From: Isurus oxyrinchus | Taxonomy: Eukaryota | Length of the DNA stretch: 64,000 bases | Assembly (NCBI GenBank): GCA_026770705.1 | Contig: JANJGN010000010.1 | Coordinates: forward strand, 40,052,001 to 40,116,000 | Direction: 5' to 3' | Shown here: positions 10,501 to 23,647 of the stretch, one piece after another | How the letters are laid out: every line of letters starts with the position of its first letter | Numbering within the stretch: the first letter of the stretch is position 1 | Program-made: the position numbers and the translations under genes | The notes under the pieces: generated by a model | Seen by the model: the letters and a program-made list of their open reading frames with translations, nothing else | What the model was told of the DNA's origin: nothing | Databases searched by the model: none

Positions 10501-12560
10501 TTTTTTTTATTCAATCACGGGATGTGGGCTTCACTGGCTGGGCCAGCATTTATTGCCCATCCCGAGTTGCTCTTGAGAAGGTGGTGGTGAGCTGCTTTCT
10601 TGAACCGCTGCAGTCGATGTGGTGCAGGTACTGTTAGGAAAGGAGTTCCAGGATTTTGACCCAACCACAGTGAAGGAACAGCAATATGTTTCCAAGTCAG
10701 GATGGTGAGTGACTTGGAGGGGAACCCCCAGGTGGTAGTGTTCCCGTGTATCTGCTGCCCGTGTCCTTCTAGGTAGTAGCAGTTGTTGGTTTAGAAGGTG
10801 CTGTCAAAGGAGCCTTGATGAATCCCTGCAGTGCATCTTGTAGATGGTACACACTGCTACTACTGTGCGTCGCTGGTGGAAGGAGTAAATGTTTGTGGAT
10901 GTGGTGTCAATCAAGTGGGTTACTTTGTCCTGGATGGTGTCAAGCTTCTTGAGTGTTTTTGGAGCTGCACTCATTCAGACAAGTGGGGAGTATTCCATCA
11001 CATTCCTGACTTGTGCCTTGTAGATGGTGAACAGGTATTGGGGAGGTAGTAGGTGAGATCCTTGTCGCACGATTCCTAGCCTCTGACCTGCTCTTGTAGT
11101 CACAATATTTATACGGCTTGTCCAGCTCAGTTGGTCAATGGTAACCCCCAGGATGAATGTAGTGGGGGACTCAGTGATGGTAATGCCATTAAACATCAAA
11201 AGGTGATGGATTGCCCAGGTCTTCCTGCAGTTGGACATGAACTGCTTCAGTATCTGAGGACTCGTGAATGGTGCTGAACATTGTGCAATCATCAGTGAAC
11301 ATCCCCACTTCTGACCTTATGATGGAAGGGAGGTCATTGATGAAGCAGCTGAAGATGATTGGGCCAAGAGCACTGCCCTGAGGAACTCCTGCAGTGATGT
11401 CCTGGAGCTGAGATGACTGACCTCCAACAACCACAACCATCTTCCTTTGTGCTAGATATGACTCCAACCAGCGGAATATTTTCCCCCTGATTCCAGTTTT
11501 GCTAGGGCTCTTTGCTGCCACACTCAGTCAAATGCTGCCTTGATGTCAAGGGCAGTTACTCTAACCTCACTTGAACCAAGGCTGCAATGATGTCAGGAGC
11601 TGAGTGGCCCTGGCAGAACAGTGAGCAAGTTATTGCTAAGCAAATGCCACATGATAGCACTGTGGATGACCTTTCCATTACTCTCCTGATAATCAAGGGT
11701 ATACTGATGGGGCGGTAATTGGCTGGGTTGGATTTGTCCTGCTTTTTGTGTACAGGGCATACCTGGGCAATTTTCTACATAGCCAGGTAGGTGCCAGTGT
11801 TGTGGCTGTGCTGGGATAGCTTGGTTAATGGGGGGCAGGTTCTGTACAATTGCCGCAATATCGTCAGGGCCCGTAGCCTTTGCAGTATTCAGTGTCTTCA
11901 ACTAGTTCTTGATATCACATGGAGTGAATCGAATTGGTTGAAGACTAGCATTTGTGATGCTGGGGACCTCCTGGTGGAGTCCGAGATGGATTATCCACTC
12001 GGTACTTCCAGCTGAAGTTTGTAGCAAATGCTTCAGCCTTATTTTTTGCACTGATGTGCTGAGCTCCTCCATCATTGAGGATGGGGACATTTGTGGAGCC
12101 TCCTCCTCCAGTGAGTTGTTTAATTGTCCACCACCATTCACAACTGGATGTGGTAGGACTGCAGAGCTTAGATCTGATCCGTTGGTTGTGGGATTGCTTA
12201 GCCCTGTCTAACGCTGTGCTGCTTGGCACTAAAGTAGTCCAGTGTTATAGCATCCAACACATTGACACCTCATTTTCTGGTATGCCTGGTGCTGCTGCTG
12301 GCATGCCCTCCTGCACTCCTCATTGAACGGGGGTTGATCCCCTGGCTTGAAGGTAATGGTACAGTGGGGGTATATGCTGGACGATGACGTTACAGATTGT
12401 GTTCGAGTACAATTCTGCTGCTGCCCGTCAGTACCTCATGGATGCCCATTTTTGAGTTGTTAGATCTGTTCCAGATCTATCCCATTTAGCACAGTGGTCG
12501 TGCCACACAGCACGATGGAGGGTATCCTCCATGTGATGGCAGGGCATTATCTCCACAATG
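10501..12560 (-). mobile_element. CR1-group (Zenon-like) single-ORF LINE, 5'-truncated and decayed
   Basis: AGVPQGSALGPIIFSCFINDLPSIIRSEVGMFTDDCTMF, IYKAQVRNVMEYSPL; same family as 38953-42105 and 53860-57005. Confidence 0.9.
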
Positions 12561-13066
12561 ACTTTGGTGGTTACAAATTGCATTCCCTACACCTGATTAA
12601 CAGCTCAGATGAATTTGTAGCTCAAGGCATTTTATTGAATTTATTATCTTCACTATCCTTTGCCTTCTCGCTACTGAGAGGATCAGGGTTTTTTTTTTTT
12701 GCGCTGCTTCATCGTTATCATCTGTTCTTCTTATAGCCTCAACTATCAACATTGGACTTAAATGAAACAGCTTCTTCTTTAATGTTGCTGAGGTTGAGGC
12801 TTTCTGAAATAAAAAACCTCTGCCCATTCAAGCAATCTGAATTTTTGCTTCTGAAATCTTGCACTGCTGCTGCACCAGAAACAAAACACAAGAGCAACTC
12901 AGAATCCCAAACAGGCAGGTTAGATCCTGTACAAATGCCAGGGATGTGCTACCTGCAATAATGGCACAGGTTTCCAGAAGTCGCAAGGATATATGTGAGA
13001 GACCCTCCCTGGCATAGGACCTGAACATTTGATTGGCACCAAGTCACATAGAGGATGGTACCTTAC

Positions 13067-13108
13067 TTTCTTTTCTCATTAGTAACTTTCGTCTTTTATA
13101 GAGGGTGC
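13067..13108 (-). CDS. Candidate 42-nt cytoplasmic exon of the B7-H6-like gene
   Basis: ttacag| ... A|GTAAGG; open as phase 1-1 (TLYKRRKLLMRKE) or APSIKDESY* in phase 0. Weak polypyrimidine tract. Confidence 0.35.
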
Positions 13109-15121
13109 CTGTAATCCTTCATTAACGCAAAAAATCCCTATGAAGGATGTAAAGGCCATTGTGTAGAAGTGCAGAAACAGCAATGATAATGCTATTGGCC
13201 AATATTAAACGATGACACAACTCTGTCAAAGGAGAGGTCTCTTTATTTCTCAGACTGATGCTGCATTAAATACTTTCAGATAAATACTGAATTGTTTCTC
13301 ATTCTTATTGATTTCTCTTTTTGCTCTGATTTTATTCCAGTCAAGTAGACTCGAACAGCACAGAAGAAAATTCCACAACTTGGTTATAAAATTAAATAAT
13401 TATATAAAATACAGAAATGTGAAATTTGTGAAACTCCAATACAGGGCCATTACTCTTTCCTTAAGCCCTTTGCGTTGCTCTTGCATTGTTGCCAGGATCT
13501 TCCAGTTCCGTCAAAAGCCAGTGGAGCTTTGGCTGTCCCATCGCCTCCCCTGCAGTGGGTACCGCCACGGAGGGGCTGGAAAATCCCGGCCAATGTTTCT
13601 CTGAGAAACATTGAGGCCATTGTGTCACAGACAGATGGAAAACAGCATGCATGCTGACTCTCCACATTCTGCGCACAAAGCGTTTTGGAGTCAGGCCCCG
13701 TTTGGAAAGCAGTTTGGGTCTGGGCTCAGTACCTCACATTTCCCACTTGACACGGCTGCTGTACAAGGGGATGGGACATACTGCCTGCTGAGAGTATGAA
13801 TTCTCCTTGTTTTCATTAACATTTTCTTTCTTTCGTTAACATCATGCAGCAGAATTACATTACCCAGAGCGGCAGCAGCTTCAGGTAAGAGGAAGGAGTC
13901 AAGTAAAGAAGAAACATAAACTGAACTAGGTTGAAGAAAGAGGACAGTTTGAGGTTGAGGGGAGTACTGATATGAACTGAGTGAGGAAAAGAGAAAAAAA
14001 AGTAGATCGAAGGTGCTAACATGAATTGGTGTAGGCAATGACAGCATGAACTTGGGTAGACTGCTGAGCATGAGTCCTGGGATCCTGGGTAGGCAATGCT
14101 AGCATGAGAGGGGGTAGATAGTGGAGGGTTGGGCAGAGGAACTGGGAGGAGATGAATTATAGGGCAAACCAAGGAAAAGGGGAATCGGTGCCTCTGGCCT
14201 GGGAATGATGCAAAAACATTAAGGTGGCCTCCCAGCAGTTTCCTGTGGGTTGGGGGGCGTGGGGCCTTTGTGTCTGGCCACTCCATGGCCCACAGAGTAG
14301 ACCACCAGTGCCAATGGCAACCCTGCCAATCTGAAACTGCCACTGGGGATGTTATCCCCGTCAAACCACCGGGGGGGCTTGCCCACCTGGCCATGATATT
14401 GAAATAAAAGTGGCTACTTAACTGTGAGGGCAGTTCAACATGGAGTCACCCTTCCTTTCCTCTTGCAGCCTTAGCAGTGGCTACCTCTAATGGTGATTGT
14501 GATTGAGGCAGCAACTCTGGGGCTGTAAAATAGCCTCTGCTGTCCTGCTATCCATCAACATGGGCTCAGGACACACATTTTGTGCTGATGTTGAGACCCA
14601 CAGCATGCCGTTAAAATCCTGGCATTGTGTTACACCTTAACAGGAATATAAACACTTTAATAATCAAATGTAACAAGAGGCTGTACCACAACCGTCTGTG
14701 ATTTTTAAACAAGAAATGTCTGCCATGATCTTCTTCCATTTTTTAAAGTTGTTCATCAGGATTTTGTAGGTTTGTCGATTGTTGTGCATGGAACAGATAC
14801 ATAAGATTTGGTCCAAATCAGGGATTGATAAAATCCTGTTATTACTATAAGAACTGAAGTCAAAATTAAAATTCACACCCATATAATGTATCAGAAGGCA
14901 CAAAATAAGAGCCATCTGTTGCATTCTTAGAACAGTCAGTGGTAAGATTCCAATTCAGTGAGGTGGGAATTTCACTTTGCTCTTTTTCTCAAATATAACA
15001 CTGACATTAAATATGTTTGGCAGCATGAAAAATTGGATAACTTGAGTCTGTGCTAAATTTGGTTGCGCTTATGTCGTTGAACTTGGAGAATGGAAACTTC
15101 AAATCTAAAGCCTACTTTTAC

Positions 15122-15144
15122 CTGAATGATATGCAGCTTGGGAT
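15122..15144 (-). CDS. Candidate 23-nt cytoplasmic micro-exon (xPKLHIIQ), phase 1 in / phase 0 out
   Basis: Strong acceptor ttttttttcatttttctatctag|AT, donor CAG|GTAAAA. Confidence 0.5.
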
Positions 15145-15248
15145 CTAGATAGAAAAATGAAAAAAAAAGTGTCTGGTACAAATGGCTAATAGCTTACTTG
15201 TTCCAGTTTCTGGTAGGTGTGGCACAGGTTTAGGGTCAGGTGACTTAC

Positions 15249-15290
15249 TGTTCAGAAATGATAGCTTTTCTTCATCATCTTGATTATGAT
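15249..15290 (-). CDS. 42-nt phase 1-1 cytoplasmic exon (DHNQDDEEKLSFLN)
   Basis: ttccatctag| acceptor, A|GTAAGT donor, open and in phase with the TM exon. Confidence 0.6.
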
Positions 15291-17449
15291 CTAGATGGAA
15301 TGTAAATGTCAGGAGCATGAGAAATTAACATTTCATTATAGTATGCAATGTTTAAATGTTGAACCTAATAACTTTGTTGCAAATACCCAGTTCATAATTT
15401 ATATGTTTTAGAGTATAACTTCTAGTTTTTCAATTAAATTTTTAATTGTAGAAATTGAGAGCATCTGAGTTTTAGCAGTTAAATTTTTAACTGTAGAAAT
15501 TGGGGCATCTGATTGAAAAACTGCTAAGCAATCCTGAGGAAAATGCAATTCATACAAGCTTGGCTTTAATTATAGTTAAAAGCTAACATATGTGTCTTTT
15601 GTCAGAGTTGATATTGGAAAACATCTTAAATAATGTGTGGTTATCATTATCGCAATAAAAGAAGCTAAACACTAGCACTTCTGAGAAAGAGAGTCATAAT
15701 CTCGTCAGCAATATCAACTACCTTATGGGTTGCAGAATCAAAAATTATATTTTTGAACGTATAATAATTTGATTGCACTTCTGGTTGAATCATCCCAAAG
15801 CCTGCCATGTTGCCTTGGAGATAGTGATTCATAGTGAATCCCTGGCCAGAAGGTTCTTCTGTTAATTTTTCTGTGTGTGGTTGCTGACTGAAGCAGTTCA
15901 GTTTAAGAACAGACAGAGGAAATGCAGTTTGGATTTCATGAGGATAAGACAGCTGGAAGATTTATTCTAGCTTGCAGCTAGTGGGAGAAACCTACAGTGG
16001 TCCTCTCAGAGCCTTGTGGCAGAAAGCAGTCAGCAGAGTTAGCATGGAAAGCTGTGGGAACGCAGTTGAATCTGCTGGCAACCTAAACAAGGAGCTGATG
16101 CATCCACAGTCATGAGGCCAGGAAAGGAAAAAGTGGAGCCAAAAAGCTAATGGAAGGAGCCCCATAGAATCTTACCTCAGAGGAATAGCTGGAATACAAA
16201 GGAGAATTAAAGTAAATTCTGGAAGACTACTGTGTATGAATGATGGAATGGCATGGGATGGGGGTCTAAGGAAGGAGTGGGAGGAACGGGAGAGCATCAC
16301 AGGGCTGATATGGGGAGGATGAAATAGCATTGTATGGGAATGCTATGCAAGGAGTCGGAGGGAAGGGATGGCATGGGAGTGGTGGCATGGGAAGGATGGA
16401 TTTATGTGGGATGGGTTTGGCTTGGGGCATGGCATGAGATAGATGGACTGACATGGGATCAGGATGGCATGGGAGGGGCAAGGGGGAGGGATGGCATTGG
16501 AGGTGTGACCTGCTATTTCCCACTAGCAAGCAGCCTGCCGCCATTGTCGCACAAGCGGCAGATAGTCAGTTAGGCCAATCAAGGGGCAGGCCATTCTGCT
16601 GACACCAACTGAAATTTTCCAATTGGTATACAGGCGCACCCTGCTGAGGAATGCCAGTGATCACCCAAACTCTATCCAGCTAGGAAATCACCATGCCTTG
16701 TACCTGCCATATCCATTGGGATCCACAAACAAAAGTCCAAATCTGTAATTGCAAGCTGAACTGGTAATTTTAAATGGAATACTTTGCATATGGACTTTGA
16801 GAGTGTTTTTTATATAGGATTTATCTCTTCTATATTAATCTAAGTTAGTTACTTTTCATACAAAATTCAATAATTCTAAAAACTTATCAAAAGCATTTTC
16901 TCATTATCTGTTCTACTTTAACTCTTCTTCCCCAGTTCCTGATTTTTCCTTATCTTTCTCTCCTCTTTCCCTTCCTCCACTATTCCTTCATACTCTCCTT
17001 GTCCTGTTCTAAGTCTGTTTCTGCTGAATTCTGCGGTTGTGTTACATTTCCGTGTGCAATGCCAGTGACATTTCCATTATTCCAACATTCTTCTGTTTTA
17101 GTTTGTATTGGAGGATGACAGTGCACCATGAATCAATTGGATACACCATGTCTTCCACAATATTGAAACAATTTTTTTAATATATTAAACACTTCTTTTG
17201 TCTAACTATACAGTTTGGGTTTTAATTTTATTTAATTGCTCAGTGATAATTATGATCTCTTCAAAAGTATGAAATGTGCTACTTTTGGTGCACTTATACT
17301 GCAAAACTGATTGACATTTTTCACTATATTGTTGGACCAACTCAAAAATATACTGAGTTTTGCTGGAATTGTTTTACCTCTGAATTGTACTTCTTTATTA
17401 ATTATTTATTTTTGGTACTATTAGAAAGGAAGTCTTTCAATTATATGAC

Positions 17450-17725
17450 ATTTTTTTATGACCTCAGTATGTCCAAAGGTGCTTTACAGTAAATGAAGTA
17501 TTTTCAAATTCTAGTCTCTGTTGACGTGTTTGAAATACAACATCTAATTTATTCACAGCAAGTTTCCGCAAACAGCAAATGTAATAACGATCACAAAATT
17601 TATGTTTTTTTTAAGTAATGGTGGTTGAGGAATAAACATTGGCCACAACATCAAGTCTCTGGAGTACTACTTGAAACCTCGGCCTCTGCCGTGGAGGTAG
17701 GAATGCTACCATTGAGCCACAACTC
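17450..17725 (-). mobile_element. DeuSINE (SacSINE1-like) remnant with internal deletion
   Basis: tRNA-like head at the right end and Deu-domain-like 'cacagcaagtttccgcaaacagcaa...ggttgaggaataaacattggcca'; family recognised from memory. Confidence 0.55.
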
Positions 17726-18339
17726 TCTTATATGCATTTCGTTCAAATAATGTTGAAGAATTTAAAACCACATTGTTGAAACAAAGCAGGCTGTGATGAA
17801 AAGAAAAATAGGCTCAAATGCCAAATGTATGGCTCCTTCAAATATAACTGGAGGATTGAGCTTTTGAAAGAATTAATATAACAGCAGAGACTGTCCCTGA
17901 ATCATTGTGGCTATGCCAATGGTTAAAGATTCACTCACTCCACCAGCAGTACACAGTGACCGCATTCTTTGCTATCTATAGGTTGAACCGCAGTAACTCG
18001 CAAAGATTTCTTCGACAGTACTGTCCAAACCCACAAATTTGCACCTCCATGTTCCGCTCTCAAATCACAAATCATTATAATTTAATTGGATATTATTCTG
18101 TTGCTTCATCATCATCAGCCAAAAAGTCTAGAGCAGCCTAACTAAGAGCATAGTGGAAGTACCATCATCAGACAGACTTCAGGGGTTGAAGATGAAGGTT
18201 CATCAGCATCTTTACAGGGTATCGAGGGATGGGCAATAAATGATGGACTTGATAGCAGCTCCCACTGCCTAAGAATGAACTAAAGAAAAAACTACTAACA
18301 GATTATTTCATTTATTTATAAGATTAAAAAGTGTCTTAC

Positions 18340-18444
18340 CTTTTGACTGCCTTCTCCAAATGAAAATTCCATAGCCAAGTGTTATACATAATAATACTGT
18401 AACACAGATTATAGCTGAAATTACAAGTGAATGATTCCCAGGTT
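18340..18444 (-). CDS. NCR3LG1: Transmembrane exon of B7-H6-like gene (EPGNHSLVISAIICVTVLLCITLGYGIFIWRRQSK)
   Basis: ttacag| acceptor, G|GTAAGA donor, 105 nt phase 1-1; ~24 hydrophobic residues followed by a basic stop-transfer RRQSK. Confidence 0.85.
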
Positions 18445-18599
18445 CTGTAAAGTTTAAGAATATAAAAACAAATAGGTATTTAAATTATTCAAAGCATAAG
18501 GAGAACTGATAATGATCCATGATGTTTAACGGAGCATTCATGCAGATTTGGTGTTAACACTTAGTTCCTCAGAACGATAGCGAGAGCTTAGAAAATGAT

Positions 18600-19300
18600 T
18601 AGAATAAAGACTAAAAATAAAATGTGAATACTGCAAATGATTACTTCCTTCAAGTATTCACAAAGGAAAACATGAGCAATGATACTCCAAATAAAATCAG
18701 TTACTTAGGCATAAGTGAGATGAAAGTCTTAGAAATGTTAAAAGTGCTTAAAGCAAATAAGTCAAAAGGAATAGATGATGTTTAGCTCAGCAGATTTGTG
18801 AGACAATAATAAATATCATGAAACAGTCCATGAAATTACAGAAGCTGCCAGAAGATTGAAACAGAATAATATGGCACCACTAACCAAAAAGAGTGATAAA
18901 ACAATAACAGGTAACTGCAGGCCCATCAATCTCACTTTAATTGTGTGTAAAATGATAGAATTGACTATTAGGAGCAAACCTGAGGATTCTCTATACCATA
19001 TTAATCTGGTAATCAGTTAACGTGCTATGTATATGAAGAGAGAAAAAACATAGATGTTCTAATTGAATAATGTTGAAATAGTTAAGGATGAAGCTGAAAG
19101 AGAGCAAAGAGTCTGAGAGGATTCAATACTGAACAAGTCCAGCAAACGCAGATCAGAAATCAACAAAGGCCAAATGTGTTGAATTACACAGCCAAAACAA
19201 CAGAACACAGATCCAAGCAAGTAATCATGAAACTTTATAGTGCCACGAATAGATCACACTATCACCATCCTGGAGCTATAGGGTGATCCCTTCGTGCCAG
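18600..19300 (+). mobile_element. Old, heavily decayed CR1 ORF2 fragments
   Basis: Traces of N.YF.SVFTKE, KLPEDW..NMAPL.KK.DK...GNCRPINLTLIVCKMIE. Confidence 0.55.
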
Positions 19301-19944
19301 AAATCAGAATTATCTGGGGAAAAAAATTGTGCTTTTTAAGCTACAAAGGATGTGTTTAAATAGCCCCCTTACAGAAGTAGATAACCTTGAAAAGGAGATC
19401 ATACAAGAAATCATGGGATCTACTGTGAATTGCAGTGGGATCTCATTAGCTTGATAAATTAAAATAATGGAATGACCTGCCCGTTGGTATCTGAAAATTT
19501 CATTGGGGTCTTACAATTACCCTAGTTCAAATATTCACATAAGCTCCCTCTGGTTTTGCTCATTTCAAGGCCCACCTAAAATTGCATTGGGTTGGCATCT
19601 AGTGGTCAATTTTCCATCATAACCAGGAGTGATGGCAGTGGACAATTAACCCCACTGCTTTTAAGATTATGTGCAGTCTTTTTGTAATGTCTTGCATTTG
19701 GTAAGGCTAATAAAACAATCATCAATGTAATCTGCAGGAACAGGAAGGCTAAATGTTAAATTGTGTAGTGACCTTTGACCTGGAAGCAGTAACAGGAAGG
19801 AAAATTTCTAATCACTTTAAAATGTCTGGAGAGTCTGTAATTGTTTTAAAAATGTTCGAAATTGTTTAGGGGAAAATTTATAATTACTTTAAAATTTCTG
19901 AGGAATCAGCAATTGCTTTAAAAATATTTCAAAATGTTCAGAGA

Positions 19945-20290
19945 AGACACTGGAACAGTAGTCCTTCTGGTGATATGGGCTCAAGTTCCACCCTGGCAGA
20001 TCGTGGAAATTTACTTAATAAAATCTGGAATTGAAACCTAGTCTCAGTAATGGTAAGCATGAAATCCTCATTGGCTGTTATAAAAACCCATCTGGTTCAT
20101 TAGAGTCCTTTAGGGAAGGAGATCTGCTGTCCTTGTCTGGCCCACATGTGGCTCTAGATCCACAGCAATGTGGTTGACTCTTAGCTGCTTTCTGAAGTGA
20201 CCTAGCAAGGTAGTCGGTTCAAGGACAATTCAGAATGAGCAACAAATGTAGGCCTTGCCAGTGATGCCCGCATCCCATGAAAGACTGAGT
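19945..20290 (+). mobile_element. SINE composed of the tRNA-like head/5' UTR and the 3' tail of the single-ORF LINE family
   Basis: 19975-20220 matches the LINE 5' region (38970-39195; 56730-56930 reverse); 20220-20285 matches the LINE 3' end (42040-42100). Confidence 0.75.
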
Positions 20291-20597
20291 TTTTAAAAAT
20301 GGACTTTTAAGAGTTTGTTTTCATTCTAAAGGGATGAATTATAATTTTCTTGGATGATAAGGAATACAGATCCTCTCCTGGCCTGGAAAGAGTACCAACA
20401 GGAAGGAAGTTAATATACAGAAACCATGTGGCCAGACACAAAGAAGGGCTGCAAGATAGGGGTTCTGGAGGCAGGAGGTGATCAGCACATAGTTGCAGAC
20501 AGAAAGAGAAGGAGAAGAGCTGGAGAGGAGTTGAGAAGATTCGGGAGGGTAGTGTATCATATAGGGAAGAATACCGGGTGGAACTTTGTTTACCCAA

Positions 20598-22830
20598 AGG
20601 ACAGAATTTTCCATGCCCGCTATGTTTGATGGCATGAGTGGACAATATGATGAAAAAGCCAAGTATCAGTTACACAACGTCGTGAAACCAGTTTGCAACC
20701 ATTGTTGGCGGGCCACGTTCCTCACCATTGGACATTGGAAACTTTATTGTAATGCACCAACATATCACTATAAGGCCAGCCAACCAAAATCACCCCCCAC
20801 ATTGGATTATCCACCCACATCGGCAGGAAAGCATGCTGGTGCAGAACACGTCTTGACAAATGTGACACGCAGAAGTTGGGACTTACCGCCAGGGCCTTGC
20901 TCACATTGCGGACATTCAAGGAGCAGAAGATGCTGGAGCCCGACAGCAATGGCACACTGGAGGAACGTCCATGGCATAAGGGGTGGATTCTCATGGACAT
21001 GACTCAGCTGCGAAGCGGCTCACGGAAGTTGGAAAGTTATTGTTGACACTCACAGGGTCGACTGGGGGAAGACGAGGCATCAGGGGGATGAGGTTGGGAG
21101 GGGAGGCTGAAGGTGACATGGGAGGTTGCAGGGATGGAATACGGGGGGATGAGGGGGTAACGGGAGAAGATGGCAACTAGAGAGATAGGTGTAAGGAAGG
21201 TGGAAGGTGTAAGCGAAGGAGTTCAGAGAGGAGAAAGAGTGTGGAGAGGGCAGAGAGTCCAAGGGGAGGAAGGAGTGTGGAGAGAGAAGGGAGTCCGGGA
21301 GGAGGAAGGGGTACAGAGAGAGAAGGGAGCCTGGGGGGAAGAAGGAGTGCCAAGGAGGGAAGGAGTAAGGATGGAGGGTGGTATCAGAAACGGTGAAGGA
21401 ATAAAGGTGGATGAAGAAGTAAGGATGTCTGAGGGAGTCAGGAAGGGGGAAGGCTTAAGGTTGGTGGAACAAGGGAGGTTGGAGGAACAGGTAAGGCTGG
21501 AGGGAATGGTTGGGAGAGGAGGACTAAGGGTGGCAGAAGAAGTCAGAAAGAAGGATGGGGGACAGCGGGGGGAAGTCCAGTGGGGTGGGAGGATTAAGTG
21601 AAGGGGAAGAGGTTCCAGGGATAAGGGGTCTGGAAGGGGGGAGGGTTCAACGGTGGCAGTAGAAGAGATGGCGAGGGAGCTTGTTGCGGACTCGGAGGGT
21701 GACACGGACTCTGGGGGTAGTGAGGAGGCTGGGAAGTTAATGTGGATGGGGGTAGGTCTTTCTGGAAGGAAGGGAATGCGCACCTTCACCAGGACATCCC
21801 CGAAAGAAAAGGGTTATAGCTGGTAGTTCACGGAAGGGAGGTGGAAGATGATACCAGAGGGATCAACTGTGATGGAGGAAAGGGAATGGGTGACTGGGGG
21901 AGGGGTAAAGGATGGGGGGGTGAAAGTAAAACTGAAAGTGAAACAAGAGTCGTGGTGGGCAAGATCAGGTGCTGCTTGGGAGAGTGATCAGTGGTTTGGC
22001 GGAAATGCAGGTCAGCTCAGATGGACAACTGGAAGCGAATCCCAGCAGGCAGCACTGAAAATGCTCAGGACGTAAAGGTGAGTGTGATATGGGAAGGATC
22101 TGCATGCATGGGACAGTGCTTGCATGAGGCTCTGAAAGGCCCTTGCCACACACACACTTCTCCCCCAAGAATCTTTCGTGGGCCGGCTGCTCCCTCTGCA
22201 GTGACAGAGGATAAGGCCAAGGGGGTCACAGGCAAAGGGGATTCAGAGGGAGTGGACAGCCTCTGAAATTCCTGAGTGGATGACCCAGGGGTGTCCAGCT
22301 GCTGCTCCTTCTCCCTCCAGGTACCTGAGGGCGCTGGCCTAACTCCTTGAGGGGAAGGAGCACCTGGAGGGATGTCGAGGTACCCCATTTCCCTCTCGCA
22401 TTGTCGCTGCAGGAATTCACCCATGGCTGCAGCGATGGAGTGCAGGTCTGGTGAGCGGAGCAATGGACAGCATGACAATGCGAGCTCAAGAAGGTATGAG
22501 CCTGATCGAGATATGAGGGTGTGTGTGAGATTTAGTGGTGTTGTCCCTTGAAGTGTGAGATTTCTGTGGAGGTGTGATGGGTTTGTGAGTGTGTGAGTTG
22601 AGAGTGATGAGAAGAGTGAGTTACCCTGACAGAATGGATGAGACAATTCATCCTGTCGCGGCACTGGTTGGCTGTTCTCTTTTGCCGGGCACTGGCGCTG
22701 ACCACTGCTGCTGCTTCAACCCATGTTGGACTGGTGATGCTGCTGCCCCTCCTGTGGCCAGAGCATGCATAGAGGACATCACGGCGGGCCATTCTGTGCC
22801 AGGTAATTCACCTCCTGACGTCCCAAACCC
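20598..22830 (-). mobile_element. Non-autonomous Harbinger-derived element (Myb/SANT exon + S/T/P-rich periodic segment), inverted relative of 3429-6200
   Basis: Myb exon ARRDVLY..WVEAAAVVSASARQKRTANQCRDRMNCLIHSVR|gtaac (22624-22792); terminus GGACAGAATTTT near 20598; 18-bp periodic tract ~21200-21510. Confidence 0.7.
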
Positions 22831-23310
22831 TGTCCATCTTGTAAAAGGCACAAGTCAGGAGTGTGATGAAATACTCCCCACTTTCCTGGATGAGTGCAGC
22901 TCCAACAACATTCAAAAAGCTTGACCCCATCCAGGACAAAACAGCCCGCTTGATTAGCACCCCACCCATCACCTGAAACGTTCACTCTCTCCACCACCAA
23001 TGTACAATGGCAGCAGTGTGTGCCATCCAGAAGATGCACTGCAGCATTCGCCAATGCTTCTTCAGCAACACCTTCCAAACTGTGACCTCAACCATTAGAA
23101 CAGAGACAACAGACACATGGAAACATTACCACCTGCAAGCTCCTCTCCAAGTCACACACCATCCTGACTTGGAAATATATCATTATTCTTTCACTGTCAC
23201 AATGTCTTAGAGCTCCCCATCTAAGAGCACTGTGAGTGCAGCTGCACCGGATGGACTACAGCAGTTCAAGAAGGTGCCCTTCTCAAGGGCAATTCAGGAT
23301 GGACAATAAA
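22830..23310 (+). mobile_element. 3' end of single-ORF CR1-group LINE
   Basis: KAQVRSVMKYSPLSWMSAAPTTFKKLDPIQDK followed by the family 3' UTR. Confidence 0.85.
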
Positions 23311-23647
23311 CAACACCTACAGGCCATAAATAAAAAAATTTCCACAAGCATGCTCCTGAGCTTCCACTCACCTATCATTTTGATTTACTACCACACTTCC
23401 ACTATGCCTTCCTTGTTGGTTGATATACATATTACTGTCTAGCATTTTGAATTGATTATTAAAATATTAAGGGATTGATGCAATACCAACCACTTTCTCT
23501 TCCCTATTCCCTTAGCTCCCTTTCCACGTCATGCATCCAGCACTCCAAGTGGCATTCTCCTCCCCTTGCCTTCTCTTACTCATACCTACTCCTCTCCTTC
23601 CTTCCACCCTCCTCTCACACTCACATTTCTTTCATGGTAGAACTCAC

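Noticed and set aside
13782-13878. Exon-like segment with good acceptor and GTATGT donor
   Set aside because: 97 nt; open only phase 1 in / phase 2 out, incompatible with neighbours, so not called as an exon.
15425-15515. ~45-bp direct duplication (similar small ones at 2621-2660, 19800-19940, 49017-49060)
   Set aside because: Two-copy intronic slippage duplications with no coding or structural signal.
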